Assembly: GCA_951406725.2 (NCBI GenBank)
Contig: OX597823.1
Location: 93,682,001 to 93,746,000 of the forward strand
Direction: 5' to 3'
Length of the DNA stretch: 64,000 nt
From: Octopus vulgaris
Taxonomy: Eukaryota
The notes under the pieces were generated by a model, which was not told the DNA's origin, ran no database searches, and saw nothing but the letters and a program-made list of their open reading frames with translations. Within the stretch, counting starts at the first letter, position 1. Each line of letters begins with the position of its first letter. Below are positions 41,422-55,461 of the stretch, in pieces. Both the position numbers and the translations under genes were made by a program.

Positions 41422-41585
41422 AACGACGGGCTTCTTTCAGTTTTGTCTACCAAATCCACTCACGAGGATTTGGTAGGCCCAAGGCTCTAGTAGAAGACAC
41501 TTGCCCAAGGTTCCACGAAGTGGGACTGAACCCGGAATCATGTGTTTCGTAAGCAAGTTATCTACCACACAGTCACTCCTACGCC
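41422..41585 (-). mobile_element. SINE family A 5' half
   Basis: ACGACGGGCTTCTTTCAG...TACCACACAGTCACTCCTACGCC. Confidence 0.85.
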
Positions 41586-42967
41586 GGATAACCAGGATAA
41601 GCAGCATTCTGCTTCTTATCCTGTCTCCCTGTTCCGTTTGTGCATTGTGTGTATGTATGTATACATGTATTAAGAGTTATATAGTTATTTTCTAGAAAAT
41701 TAAATTGGATAAAATCGCAGTATATGATCTCTGAGTCTCATGCGCGATGAGCCAATAATATTACTTTCATGTTTGGGTCTATTAACCTTGGATTATGTTG
41801 GACAGAACCATGAAGTGATGAGAACTAAGATACCATAAATAAATATATTAAAACTCGTAATGATTTTGGATCCTGAACTGAAAAATAAAATGCTAGCTTG
41901 AAGAAAATGTTCGTGCACCATGTTACAATAATTAACTGAATTAATACACATACAACTAAAATATATTTTAAAAAAACATTATTTTAATGCAGTGCACGGA
42001 CATTTTCCTCAGCCTAATATTACAGAGTATGTTGAAAGAAGGGAATGTGAGTAGGAAAAGCATGATAAGATCAAGGCAAAAGCTAGGTAGATGGATAATA
42101 TACAGAATTGTATCGACATTATTCAGAGGAACTGTGTGAGTTTACATAAGAATGGCCGACAAGACGTCGTATGGTATTCAAACTGCTGATGTCAGACGAC
42201 ACTGGATGACGTTGATCGTTATAACAACGACGACGACGGCCGTGACCACCACGAGAAGGAAGACGACGATATTGGTGGTGATGAAGAGGAATAATGTGAA
42301 CAAGAAAATAGATTTCATTTGTGCTTTTCTTTAAATCATGCAGTTTATTTTAAAATTTCTTTAGTTTAAATAGGGAAATCTGATGAAATTCACAGCAATA
42401 CCGATAAGTTAAGATTATTTATATATAATGTTTAGCGTCTTCAATCAACCATTGATGCCTTTGATATATTCTATTTGATGTATTCGAAATATACTTTTCC
42501 ATAGTATGTAGTGTTCGCGTTAATCGAAATGTTTTTATTGAAATATCCAATAATTATTAGAACTGGAACGAAATAACGAATATTGAGATTCCGGATCCGC
42601 CTACGCGGGATTATTTGCACATACGTAATGCAGTTTTTCTTGTAGATATTCTTAAACATTTATTCAGTCTCAAAGGGTAAAGAACACGAGTTTTATTTTA
42701 TGTCAATATATAAAGAAAATATGAGAGAATCCAACAGCCTCAGCTAATCTTGTTAAAATAAACAATATGAAATATAAGAATGTAGAAATATGCGTTAGTA
42801 ACCTTTGTTAGGAATATGAATTTAAGGAAAGAGTTGTTCGAAGGATGTTTCCTTTTTTTTCTATTGTTTGATCTTGTAGTTAAAATTGACAAAAAAATTT
42901 CTTAATCACGAATCAGCAGAAATACACCAGAGATGCATTTTAAATGCAACTAATGTATGACATAAGT

Positions 42968-43160
42968 CGGTGAGCTGGCAGAATCGTTAGCACGTTGTTC
43001 AAAATATTTAGAGGCAATTTTCCTGGTTCTTTATGTTCTGGGTTCAAATCCCACCGTGGTTAATTTTTTAAAATCTTTTCAGGGTCGATAAGATAAAGTA
43101 ACAGCCTAGTAATGGGACAATATAAATAGACTTTCACCGTCCACTCAAAATCGCTGGTCT
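42968..43160 (+). mobile_element. SINE family C
   Basis: CGGTGAGCTGGCAGAATCGTTAGCACG...GGTTCAAATCCC...GGGTCGATAA. Confidence 0.7.
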
Positions 43161-43434
43161 TGAACACTGCAATGGATCGACATCCGACTCATACGTCACA
43201 GAAACCATGTAACTGTCCTTATGAAATTTAGACCACACCCACCAATTCTATAGACATGACGTACAATACACCGCAAATGCTTGATATGGGATTATTCTAA
43301 AGAACAATCATAACAATATGTGCGGCTTCTATTGAAACTTTGTTCTTTCTTTCCCTACAACCATTCACCCCGCTCCTTTAACACTTCCTACGCTGGCATC
43401 CAGCCTTTATCATAAAAATCAAGGAGGACATGAT

Positions 43435-43790
43435 TGCGTGGTTCTGACTACATTATTCCAGTTCCAGTCCGATTGCGTAGCACTTTGGACAGGAGTCTTA
43501 TGCTATAGCCCTGGGCCAACGAATACTTTGTGAGTGGATTTGATAGAGAAAACTGAAATAAACCTGCAGTTTATATTATATAAATGAATGATTTTGTACG
43601 CGCGTGCGTATGTTTGCTTTTTGTCACCCACCGCCGCTTCACAACCGTACCTTAGCCGCTCGACAAAATAGGCTGATACCCGAAGTACTAGGCTTAAAGT
43701 ACGTCCTGAGGTCGATTCATTTGAATAAAATTCTTTAACAGTGTGCCCCAGCATGGCCGCGATTTAATGACTGAAACATAGAAAATATAA
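43435..43790 (+). mobile_element. SINE family A, diverged
   Basis: TGTGAGTGGATTTG...CCAGCATGGCCGC...ATGACTGAAAC. Confidence 0.7.
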
Positions 43791-44884
43791 AAGGTTAAAA
43801 ATAAAATTCGACCAAGACTTTATAAACACAGCAAACCCACTCCGTAATATGAGCAGATATGTGTAGTGTTGTGAGGATGTGAGGCGTAGTAGGAGATACG
43901 ATTTAGGTGGCGTGGTCTAAGATTTCTAACAAGGGACAGGAACAAACGGAGGCATCTTTGTCATAGAATGAGCGACTGGGGACGGAAGGAACTAAAGATT
44001 GTAATGAGAATACTATGAGTAATATTATGGGTAGGAAGTAATTATTTTGATTTTCTATGATACATCCAACACATTATGTATATGTTCCTGGGAAGGAACT
44101 AATAGAGGCTATTATAGGTAATATTATGGGTAGTAAAAGTAAGTACCTTGTTGTTCTATCATGTATCCAACTCATTATGCCAAAGTTTCTTGGAACTAGA
44201 ATATCCGTCATTCGAATCAATCGAATACATTTGATAGATTGGAATTTTTCCATTACTGTTAAATTGTGGTTTTAGACGTTTCATTAGGATTGTATCTTTA
44301 ATACGCATTTCCGATAAGACGACCGAATGCCTGAATAGAATATATTATCGCTGTAGTCTTGTTGAAGTCGATTTTACGTTCTTTATAGAAACATCTTTAA
44401 CATTCGTATGTTCTTTAATACGAATCGGTTACGGTTGGATAACGTTGCCAATTTTACCGACACCAAATTGTATAAACGGCACAATCATGAAATAATGACT
44501 ATGTGGTGTCCTCCTACACTCACTGTATGTCAAGTCCGAATAATTTTTGATATCCATCCATCGACTTCTTGCTTTTCTCTTTCACTTTTTACCTTTCTTT
44601 ATGTTACAGTGTTTCAACGACACAAAAATGGAATAATAGCTCAAGAGAAGGAAAACGGAACGAAATGAGCATTTCTTTTTCAAATATTAATTTCACAGTC
44701 ATCCTAAGATTTTTCCAGTCAGTAAAGACAGAGCAGAGTGAAGGTACAACTCCTTAGGTGTTTGGCATCGAAACAAACGCTTGTTCAAATCTACGACGGA
44801 ACTTCTATTCGATAGTCCAACCTAATTTAATTAACATCTAAACATCTTCCAAATTATAGTTTACCAAATCGGCAAAGGAAAGGC

Positions 44885-45038
44885 TGAGTATCACTTGGTT
44901 CCTGGTTCAGTCCCACTACGTAGCACCTTAGTCAAGTGTCTTATAGCTTTAAGCCGACCAAAGACTTGTGAGTTGATTTGGTAGACGGAAATTGAAAGAC
45001 TGTAGTACATTTATACACACACACTCGCAAAACACACA

Positions 45039-45077
<39 letters not shown>

Positions 45078-45328
45078 GTATGTGTGTATGTATGTATGTA
45101 TGTATGTATGTATGTATGAATGAATTTATATAAGTATATATGTATGTAAGTGTGTATGAGTGTGTCTTCACCACAGCTTGACAATCGGTGTTGGTGTATT
45201 TATGTCGTCGTAACCAAGCAGTTCAACAAAGAGAGACTGAGATAATAAGTACCAGGCTTTAAAACAATGTACTGCGGTCAATTCATTCGACTGGACGGAC
45301 GAAGTCGAATGACAGAAACGAGTAAATA
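44885..45328 (+). mobile_element. SINE family A, diverged, with internal microsatellite
   Basis: GGTTCAGTCCCACTACGTAGCACC...GCTTGACAATCGGTGTTGGTG. Confidence 0.7.
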
Positions 45329-45369
45329 GTACACGATTAAAGAATTCAAATGGAATGAATATTCTTTTC

Positions 45370-45575
45370 TACTCTAGGCACAATGCCCAAAATTTTTGGG
45401 AGGGGCCAGTCGATTAGAACGACCCCAGTACGCATATGGTACTTAATTTATCGACTCCGAAAGGATGGAAGGTAAAGTCGACCTCGTCGAAATTTGAAAT
45501 CAGAACATAAAGACAGGCGAATTACTGCTAAGCGTTTCGCCCGGCGTGCTAACGTTTCCTCCTGCTCGCCGCCTC
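45370..45575 (-). mobile_element. SINE family C, near full-length
   Basis: ACTCTAGGCACAATGCCC...AAAGTCGACCTCG...GCTCGCCGCCT. Confidence 0.8.
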
Positions 45576-46141
45576 AAAACGAATGAATATACTAGACGAA
45601 TGGCCTTGAAAATAAAACTGCCAACACAACAGAGACTAAATGTCGGTTAAAATATTCAAATTCAAAATGGAGGACCACACATCCCATATTTAACTCAAAG
45701 TTCAATGATACAACTTGCAGTGAACAATATACAGCAAATATGGCACTTGGATGTTTACCATCGTCGTTAATAAATGAACGCACACAGAAATATTTGCGCC
45801 CAGACCCAGTCACTATTGTACACCTCAGTCTTTTGATATAAATCCATAAACATGTAAAAGTGTATATATATTTCTAAATTCAGTTTTATGTGGGTGCTAC
45901 AATACATCCTAGGAATGTTACGTGAACAAAGGGACTTAACCTATACATTGGAAGTAATGCAAAATATATAATGATAAGAGGTCGAGAGAATGACACAGGA
46001 ATATATGGAAATCATTTATACAGACGTGCATGGAATACATTCAGAGATGTAGGAAGGTAAATACATTGGGGGTGAAGCTATATTCTTAGGTGTCATTTGT
46101 AACTAAGAAAATCCAATTCTTACTTTATTGAATGTTGTGAA

Positions 46142-46173
<32 letters not shown>

Positions 46174-46317
46174 TTAAGTAGTTAAATGAATTATCTTATT
46201 AAGGATAATTCGAAAGATAACCGATACCTGGGTAGCAAATTCACATCAGAAAGAACACGGTTGAAGCTACGTCCCTAGGGAATAGACTACGTGTCTTCGT
46301 GCGGAAATTTGTATGTT

Positions 46318-46636
46318 TATTTTAAAATTATAAGTATATGAAAGAATGGAGTTGAACGGCTAGTTAACAAATATCCTTTATTCTCGACATATGTTTCGAA
46401 GGCTGCATATTCCTAATTCCGAAGGAATAAGGAGTACATTATGCAGATTTCTCATCAGGAAAATCAAGGAACTTATGTCGACATCAAAATGCACAAAAAA
46501 CTTTATGCACAATCTGCATAATGTACTCCTTATTCCTTCGGAATTAGGAATATGCAGCCTTCGAAACATATGTCGAGAATAAAGGAAATTTGTTAACTAG
46601 TCGTTCAACTCCATTCTTTCGTATACTTATAATTTT

Positions 46637-46642
<6 letters not shown>
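46318..46642. repeat. inverted repeat (132-bp arms, ~61-bp spacer) of a hammerhead-bearing pLTR
   Basis: 46318-46449 is the reverse complement of 46511-46642 with a few mismatches. Confidence 0.9.
46375..46469 (-). ncRNA. type I hammerhead ribozyme (same family as 15258-15352)
   Basis: CCTTGATTTTC-CTGATGA-GAAATCTGCATA...TATGCAGCCTTC-GAAA-CATATG-TC-GAGAATAAAGG. Confidence 0.85.
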
Positions 46643-46703
<61 letters not shown>

Positions 46704-46899
46704 ATGCAAGGAAAACAGTCTCCCCTATAGGAATGGAAGCATCCAATTTTCACTGGTTTGGTGGTTTAATACCCAGCATAGCAGAGAAAAAATTTTCCGC
46801 AAGTCAAAGGGGTATATATTCAATATACAAAAATGAAAAGAAAATGGAGATTTACGATTGACATATTTGGATTTATTAACATAATTTTATATTATTGTC

Positions 46900-46985
<86 letters not shown>

Positions 46986-47244
46986 CATTATTATTATATA
47001 ATATAATATAAATATTATAATCCTACAATTGTTTCAATTCAGACCCAATAATATAATTTATAAATGTTCGTCATTATGGGTAAGAGTCTCAACGGGGAAA
47101 TATTTGACAAAAATAACATGTAAGGAATTTCGTGTACACACACACAAACACACACACACACGCACACACACTCAAACACACACACACACACGTACGCATA
47201 TACACACACATACACACACACACACATATATATATATATACTTC

Positions 47245-47821
<577 letters not shown>

Positions 47822-47914
47822 GATAAATCTCAGAGCGAGTTATAAACAGTAGCGGTAACACATCGTATATGTATTTGTGAGGGAAACTGAATTCTCGTCG
47901 ACAACTATCATTGT

Positions 47915-47959
47915 CACACGCTGATGATAGGTAAACACCTTGAAACTCAGGTCCGTGTG
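47915..47959 (+). ncRNA. minimal type I hammerhead ribozyme
   Basis: CACACG-CTGATGA-T AGGT AAAC ACCT T-GAAA-CTCAGG-TC-CGTGTG. Confidence 0.8.
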
Positions 47960-48266
47960 TATCATAAGTTGAAGACGGGAAGGATTACTTCCCTTCACAA
48001 ATACTGATAGGGCACAGATAGTGTGTATATAGCCAGCTGGAGGAGATATCTTCCTGAGGCTACAAACTACAGTAGCATCCACCCTTAGGGGTTAACCATA
48101 TTCAAATGGCAAATATGCGTCACGATGTGTTACCGCTACTGTTTATAACTCGCTCTGAGATTTATCATTGTTTGATTTCACTTTTTCAATATCAGTGTCA
48201 ATCGACACTGGAAAAGGTATATGTATTTGTGAGGGAAACTGAATTCTCGTCGACAACTATGATTGT

Positions 48267-48311
48267 CACGCGCTGATGATAGGTAAACACCTTGAAACTC
48301 GAGTCCGTGTG
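48267..48311 (+). ncRNA. minimal type I hammerhead ribozyme with palindromic stem III
   Basis: CACGCG-CTGATGA-T AGGT AAAC ACCT T-GAAA-CTCGAG-TC-CGTGTG. Confidence 0.85.
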
Positions 48312-48546
48312 TATCATAAGTTGAAGACGGGAAGGATGACTTCCCTTCACAAATACTGATAGGGCACAGATAGTGTGTCTATAGCCAGCTGGAGGAGATA
48401 TCTTCCTGGGGCTACAAACTACAGTAGCATCCACCCTTAGGGGTTAGCCATATTCAAATGACAAATATGCGTCACTATATATATATATATATATATATAC
48501 ATATATGTATGTATGTACATATTTATATATATATATGCGTGTGTAA

Positions 48547-48603
<57 letters not shown>

Positions 48604-49654
48604 ATAATCATTAACCAATCATCATAGATGTTATCATTAAACTAGAACATTAACCAAAACTCATTCAGCTTAACCAACTCTCATAAACATTAAAAACCAA
48701 TCAGATATATGAAACGAAAAATCCTATGCATTAGCCAACAGCGAAAAACGTAAGAGACAATGAGGCGTATTCATAAAAATAAAATCATACATTTAACCAA
48801 TACTCGTAAATATCAAACAAATAAAAGAATATGAAGCTAAAACCAAACACCTTCTCAGCAGCAGAGATATGCGTTATCCAATAACGCTACATAAAATAGC
48901 AATCATTCACATTAGACTAAAAACAACCACGTTAGCCATGACTTGCTATATATTCACACATACACAAGTATATTAACTAACAATAATAACGTGTAAGAAA
49001 AAAATGAATAACTCAGTATATTAAGCTGTATATTATAATGCATTTGATTATATATATATTTTTCACTTCTCTCCCTTACTACTTTCCGCCATTTTCAAAA
49101 CGATATGCTTTAATCTAGTTTTCACTGGGAGCCATTACTTACTGTTTCAAATTATTTTAATGTAATAAAGAAATTTTTTTTTAATAATATGATAAAATAA
49201 ATAACATTAGATCCAGCAAAGAAAATCCTGCATATTTTATGATATGCAGCCAGTATTTTTAAACCTCTATTAATATTGTAATATTGAAGTATCTGTCCAC
49301 ACATATGCTTGCAGATACAGTAGACTTGTGTTTACTTCTGATTTTAGTTTTTCATAAATCTCACCAATAGTAAATTTGTCGGTTTCTAACTCAGAAACAA
49401 GAATACTTCAGTGGCTTTAGAAAATTAAATTAAATTTTAAATAAGCAGCTCTAACGTAAACATCGTCGATGTCATATGCTTATAGAGTGTGCTTTGTTTA
49501 TGGTCTCATTAGATGCGGGATAATATCAGAGAAGAAAGACCCTTTTAGATGATGTGTGTTAAATGAACATCGAATAACTCAAGCTAGGCAACACAACTCG
49601 TCCACAGACGACCGAGATGAGTTGTGACATCGATAAGGAATTTAGAAAATATCG

Positions 49655-49870
49655 GTTTCAATTTTGGCATAGCACCAGCGGTATTTAGGGTTGGGGTAAG
49701 TCTATGGCATCGACCCTGGTATTCAACTGGTACTTATTTTATCGACCTTGAAAGGATGAAAGGCGAAGTCGACCTCTGCGCAATATGAATTCAGAACGAA
49801 CGTAAAGATGGCTGAAATGCTGCCACACATTTTGCCTGCTATACAAATGGTCCTGCCACATCGCTGCCTT
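49655..49870 (-). mobile_element. SINE family C, diverged
   Basis: CAACTGGTACTTATTTTATCGACCTTGAAAGGATGAAAGGCGAAGTCGACCTC. Confidence 0.7.
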
Positions 49871-50478
49871 AGAATTTCCAAAATATTAACTCGGTATTCA
49901 TCTTATATATGCATTTTACGTGTGTATTTATGGTTGTATGGGTGCATCTGTTTTGGAGATCAAGTTGAGTGGGGTTTCAAGTTTCACCTCTTGGTTTGTT
50001 AAAGCAGTAAAGAGATCTTTGCCTACCTTTTTTTTTACATAGGGAAGCAAGTCTCGTTAAACGAGTGGGTGTGTAACATAGGTTTACAATTTGTTAAAGT
50101 CATCGATGGCAGACTTTTATTTAAGATGTAGCAAACTAAATGGATTATGGTCAATAAACTAGTAAAACATAAAGGTAAATAGTCAAGTAGATGAATGGAA
50201 ATGACAAGGAACGCGTGGAGGAAGATATTAATGAGAATCTTTATTAGATATAGATCACAGGGAAGCTGAGATGAGAACAATAGCTTAGATCAGAGTAGGG
50301 TAGCTTAGAGATAGATGCGTCTGACTCTAAGAATGTTTTCATTCTAAAGACAGCTTAGTGTCATACGGAATTAATGTGAAAAATATTTATTTATTTACGT
50401 AGCTGTGTCTCCGCCTGTGTCTTTGTGTGGTAGTGTATATGTGTGTATGTCTGTCTATCTGTCTGTGTTTGTATGTGC

Positions 50479-50524
<46 letters not shown>

Positions 50525-50879
50525 ACGTGCGTGCATCGGTGTGAACCACATTCCTTCTAACAAATGAGACGATTCAATATCCATAAGGAGTTGTAATGTA
50601 GAGCGAAAAGAAAATAGTGAGAAATATATTAACGCGTGCAGGAATGAAAAGAAAGTTTTTTATGCATATATGTCAAAAAAGAAAAGAACTGCTATATGTT
50701 AATATTTTAAAATTTTCCACAAGTTTGTGGATAGTCATAGGTTAGTATCGCAAGTTCAAAAATATAATATGCAAATTAATATAAAATCAGAAGATTTTAT
50801 TTGTAAACAAAACCAAAATTCTTCATTATTATCAGCCAGGTTTTATATATTTAATTCTCAAAAGCGTTTGTCCAGTATT

Positions 50880-51145
50880 TTGTCCGCGCGTATAAACTGC
50901 ATCGATATTTACTGAGAAAAACCGGCCAGAGGTGAGCGATTGTACACTGAATATTTTCGTGACATCCACCTAAGCAATAATACATCATCACCTGTTGGGT
51001 GCCACTTCAACCCACTTGCCCAATCTATTTCCCATGTGTCAGTATGTGAGGTTATTTCACAACACGTATCCATCGCTACTCCATAGCAAAAAGAGCAGAG
51101 CCTCATCTTCCAACTGATTCTATCTACCATATCAGAGATCAACCA
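50880..51145 (+). mobile_element. Penelope-like GIY-YIG endonuclease remnant
   Basis: EYFRDIHLSNNTSSPVGCHFN...QKEQSLIFQLILSTISEIN matches the PLE endonuclease C-terminal pattern. Confidence 0.6.
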
Positions 51146-53182
51146 CACAATTGACTCCGCCACCGCCCCATCATTGTGCTCGGCACTTTACACATCATCT
51201 CACAGAATACACACTCCACCCTACGTATCTATACAAAATTATAGATTGAATGTAACACAAACTACGTCAGTACCTGTCCTTCACTCCCTAATTCAGATTG
51301 GCATAAGGGACACAGAAATTGACGAGGTCTCACCTGAAACCCACAATCATACTTCCAGCTTATTATTTCCCTGTTACATTTCTCGACATCATGTCACACC
51401 ACACAAATACATTGCGCATGTTAACACTCTTTCACCACACCCATACTCTACACCTTCCCGCACAAACTCAGACACCGGTATCAAAGGCTCTACCTTTTCT
51501 CTTCCCAACCCCCGTTCACTTTCCCTTTTCTCTCCATTTTACTCGCGTTTTATTTATTCTCTCGCTCTCACAATATTTCTCCATTTCAACTCACTTCGAC
51601 CCAGACTCTATCCCGTCTTCTTGTAGTCCAATTCTATTTTCCACTTAGATTCTACCTGGGACCTGCTTTTTGAACAAGCGTCTCTTTTATTTTTTATTGG
51701 TTTTGGCCTTATTTCTACGATTTTCAGGTTTATGTTTTCGTATGTCTAATACCGAATAGTATTTCTTTTTGTTGCCTCATATAAAGCGATTCTAGAATTC
51801 TTTAAGTGAAGTTGTATGAGACACTCTATAGTATATATGCAAGCACTACGTTTAACGAGTTAAAATTATCCGCCATTTCCACGTCATCCCATTAGTGACA
51901 ACTGAACATTCTTGAATTGGCTAACGACCATCCATTGACATGTCAAATAGAGTGATGCGTCACCTGCAGCAAAATGTCTATGGTATCGCTCCATAACATT
52001 GCATATAACAATCGCCGATTAATAGCACAGAAAAATTTCTGTCATATGTATTGAAGTGTATTAGCTTCATAGAAAAACGGTTATGGTAGTCTTACTCCCC
52101 ACAGACAGAAGAATAAAAATGGCAAAATATTAATTTAGAACTGTTTTAACAGCTTTAAGTGTAGAGCTAAATTTGCTCCATAACTTTTAGTAATTCTGAT
52201 ATGATTCTAACTACGTAAATCTTTTGTATGCTCCTACGACTTTTCAGCACCGTTATCTAATAACTATCATGACAAACCATTATTTCTATGAATATGTGGG
52301 TTACGCAAATATATAATTATATAAGTTTGGCAGCATACACTTTGAATTTTGGAAATGAGATAAATTTTATTGTAAGCTGTCAAACTTTTTGAAGCCTTTG
52401 AAATTCTATTGTCATAAAATGCATAGTTCTAACATAAAATCAATTTAAATTAAGGATTAATCAACTCTTATACACATTAAGAAATACCACAGGAAAATCG
52501 TCCGTCTAGTAGATTCTTTTGTTTGTATTATTTTGTTTTAAGTAAGCTTTTGGAAACAAGACTTATTTGAAATAGCAGAGTAATAACATTTACTGCATCT
52601 GTACTGCTGAAAAAGTGTTATTCTCTTCGATATCAGAAATATTCTGAACACGAATTCTGAATTAATGTGTCTGCCATTTTATATCAAAGTAGTCTTTGGC
52701 ACGTTATAAAACGACAATTAGTCTATCAAGTATTAATTGATACAATTATTTCACCTATTCGTCGCTTATAAAAATAATATCATTGTTTCTAAAAATTTGA
52801 TTTTTAATTTTGAATATTGTTTAAACATCAGTCTCATTAAATTTTATGGAGCAGAATTATCAAATGATCATTCTACTTTCGATTGTTTTTCTGTTGTACA
52901 CGTATTTTTGCTTAGCGTCTTCGAAACACATATCAGCGTGTCACGCTGTACGGTTTGATAACTAAGCAAGGAGTTTAATCATGAGAAAATTAACCATTTT
53001 TATTTTGCTTTTCAGATTTGTTTCTATAATTCTATACTCAAATAATTTTCCGTATTACCTGACCTTTTGAAAGATGAAACTCGGAGTGGAAATCGCAAAA
53101 TATCCATTCTAATGTAAGCGATGCTATGTCAGTCTACGGGCGTTTATCTATGAACGACGTAGCTTTTCAACAAGAAATTCTT

Positions 53183-53624
53183 TCATCTTTTGCTTGTTTC
53201 AGTCATGAGATTCCGGCCATGCTGGAGCACCGCCTTCAAAAATTTTAGTCGAACAAATTGAACCCAGTTCTCGTTTTTCTTTTTCAGCTTGGTAGTTATT
53301 CGATCGGTCGCTTTTATCAGACCGTTAGATTGCAGGGACATAAACACAGGAACACCGGTTGTCAAACAGTGGTAGGGGACAAAAACAGACACAAAGACAC
53401 ACGCACATAAAAGCAAGCAAACTTCCACATACATATATATATATTTTTTTTTTTATTTATTTATTTATTTATTTATGTATGTATGTATGTATGTATGTAT
53501 GTATGTATGTATGTATGTATGTATGTATGTATGTATGTATGTATGTATGTATGTATGTGTGTGTATGTATACATATGTAGCCATGTTCTTGGGAAGCAAA
53601 CTTACCACACAGTGACGTTGCGCC
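53183..53624 (-). mobile_element. SINE family A with internal (TATG)n
   Basis: GGCCATGCTGGAGCACCGCC...GGTTGTCAAAC; head remnant GGGAAGCAAACTTACCACACAG. Confidence 0.7.
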
Positions 53625-54429
53625 TATGATGATAGTAAACAACTAGAAACATTGCCCTTAGAGCGTGTGCAGATTTCAGGAGAAACTCAATGGTAATTCC
53701 TTGTAAAGGAAATCTGTTATTGAACCTTGTGAAGTAAATGTTCGAGTCTCGAGTCCCGGGATTTAAAGGACCAGTTACGTGGTTTCCATGTCTCGTAAGT
53801 GACCAACACCACAGAATTCCCCTTGGATGGGGTGGTAAAGTGTGGCAGTGGTATGCATTTACAAGTAAGTGATTTGGAGCAATGTAAAATGAAGTTCTTT
53901 GCTGTCTGGAACACAATGCACCGCCCACTTCTGGAATCGAAACCGTGCTCTTATGATCGTCAATGCAGTGCCCGAAACACTGAACCACGTTGCTTCTCAG
54001 TCTAACTTTTTGGCGAGAAGAAAACTGAGTAAAGTAAAAGTGTGAATCTTTTATTGGATGAAAAATCATATGTATGAAAACTAAATTAAATACAAGATTT
54101 ACAAACATATTCGATAATTAAACAAAGTAGAAGAGACAGCGATGAAAGAAAATGTTTTGACAGATTATTATGAGTGTATTCGATAACCTTGAATACCTGA
54201 AGAGGTCTAATAGTAATAAGAAATATGTATGCTAGATATATTTGGTTTTGTAATAGCTATAACAGCAGTTTTTAGTCATTTACTTTAATCTGAGTTCAGA
54301 AGAAACTCTCTTAATCAAAATAACTACCCTTAAAATCAAAATAGTTTTGCAACCAAAGAAACTATACTCGTATTCTTGTAGCTTATGACATTTTACACGA
54401 AGGCAGCAAAAATGTATTAGAAATAACGG

Positions 54430-54568
54430 TCTCAAATTTTGGAACAATGCCACCAATTTTGGGAGAGTAATGAATCGATTACAGCGGACCTAGTGCTCGA
54501 ATTGTACTTATTTTATTAGTCACGAAAGGGATGAGAAGCTAGATCGACCTTGGCAGAATTTGAACTCT
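54430..54568 (-). mobile_element. SINE family C fragment
   Basis: TCAAATTTTGG...GTACTTATTTTA...TCGACCTTGGCAGAATTTGAACTC. Confidence 0.55.
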
Positions 54569-54619
54569 CTTTCGAGTAAAACCACCAATAGAAGAGAATA
54601 TGACCAAAAACTGAAGCTC

Positions 54620-54925
54620 TTGTAGGCTATACAAAGGCGAAGCATGTCGCCCCCTCAGAATAAGGGTGGACGAACATCGTAGAGCTGTGACACGAGGAGA
54701 TATTGATAAATCGGTAATAGCTGATCATGTATGGGGAAATGGAGACCACCTTCCCCTGTGGAATGAAGTTAAAATAATAGACAGAGAATACCACTGGAAA
54801 ATACGAAAACTATAAGAAGCAGAACATATATTAGGACAGAACAACCTCCTAAGCAGACACAGTGCAGATATGAGTAGCATATGGGAACCCGTATTAATGA
54901 AGGATAGGAAAATATTAAAATTATA
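54620..54925 (+). mobile_element. Penelope-like GIY-YIG endonuclease remnant (second family)
   Basis: YKGEACRPLRIRVDEHRRAVTRGDIDKSVIADHVWGNGDHLPLWNEVKIIDREYHWKIRKL*EAEHI. Confidence 0.8.
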
Positions 54926-55179
54926 AGTCCTAAAATTCATTCCATAATTGCCCACAGGCATATGGCCTAGTGGTTAAAAGAGCGAGCCACTAACCCCGAG
55001 TTCGATTCCAGACAATGACCTGAATAATAATGATAATGGTGGTTATTTCACAATAGTTTTCCAGCTGTATAATGCATCTACCACCTTCTATACGTTGTGT
55101 GTATGTATGTATGTATGTATGTATGTGTATGTATGTGTATGTATGTATGTGTATGTATGTGTGCATGTATGTATGTGTG

Positions 55180-55210
<31 letters not shown>

Positions 55211-55216
<6 letters not shown>

Positions 55217-55339
55217 TATATAGAAGGAGCTTCTACAGGACTAGTACTGTTTCATTCAAGAGAAATCTTCAGGAAGCCTGAAGATTTCTCTTGAATGAAA
55301 CAGTACTAGTCCTGTAGAAGCTCCTTCTATATAATAAAT
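55211..55339. repeat. perfect 63-bp-arm palindrome carrying a hammerhead-like core on each strand
   Basis: ...GAAATCTTCAGG-AAG-CCTGAAGATTTC...; CTGAAGA-T TTC TCTT GAA T-GAAA-CAGTACTAG-TC. Confidence 0.9.
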
Positions 55340-55405
55340 TAATTTTACTCTGCTATGTATTGAGTACCTTACTTACTGTGGTTAACCCCGAATCAACCCG
55401 GGACC

Positions 55406-55461
<56 letters not shown>

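Noticed and set aside
46378-46582. Mirror ORFs MFRRLHIPNSEG... on both strands
   Set aside because: Consequence of the inverted repeat
47840-48434. Duplicated ~80-aa ORFs MDATVVCS...
   Set aside because: Antisense to the ribozyme tandem units; GTG starts and no recognisable homology
51174-51648. 150-aa and 109-aa ORFs
   Set aside because: C/T-biased low-complexity sequence downstream of a PLE endonuclease remnant; likely its non-coding tail
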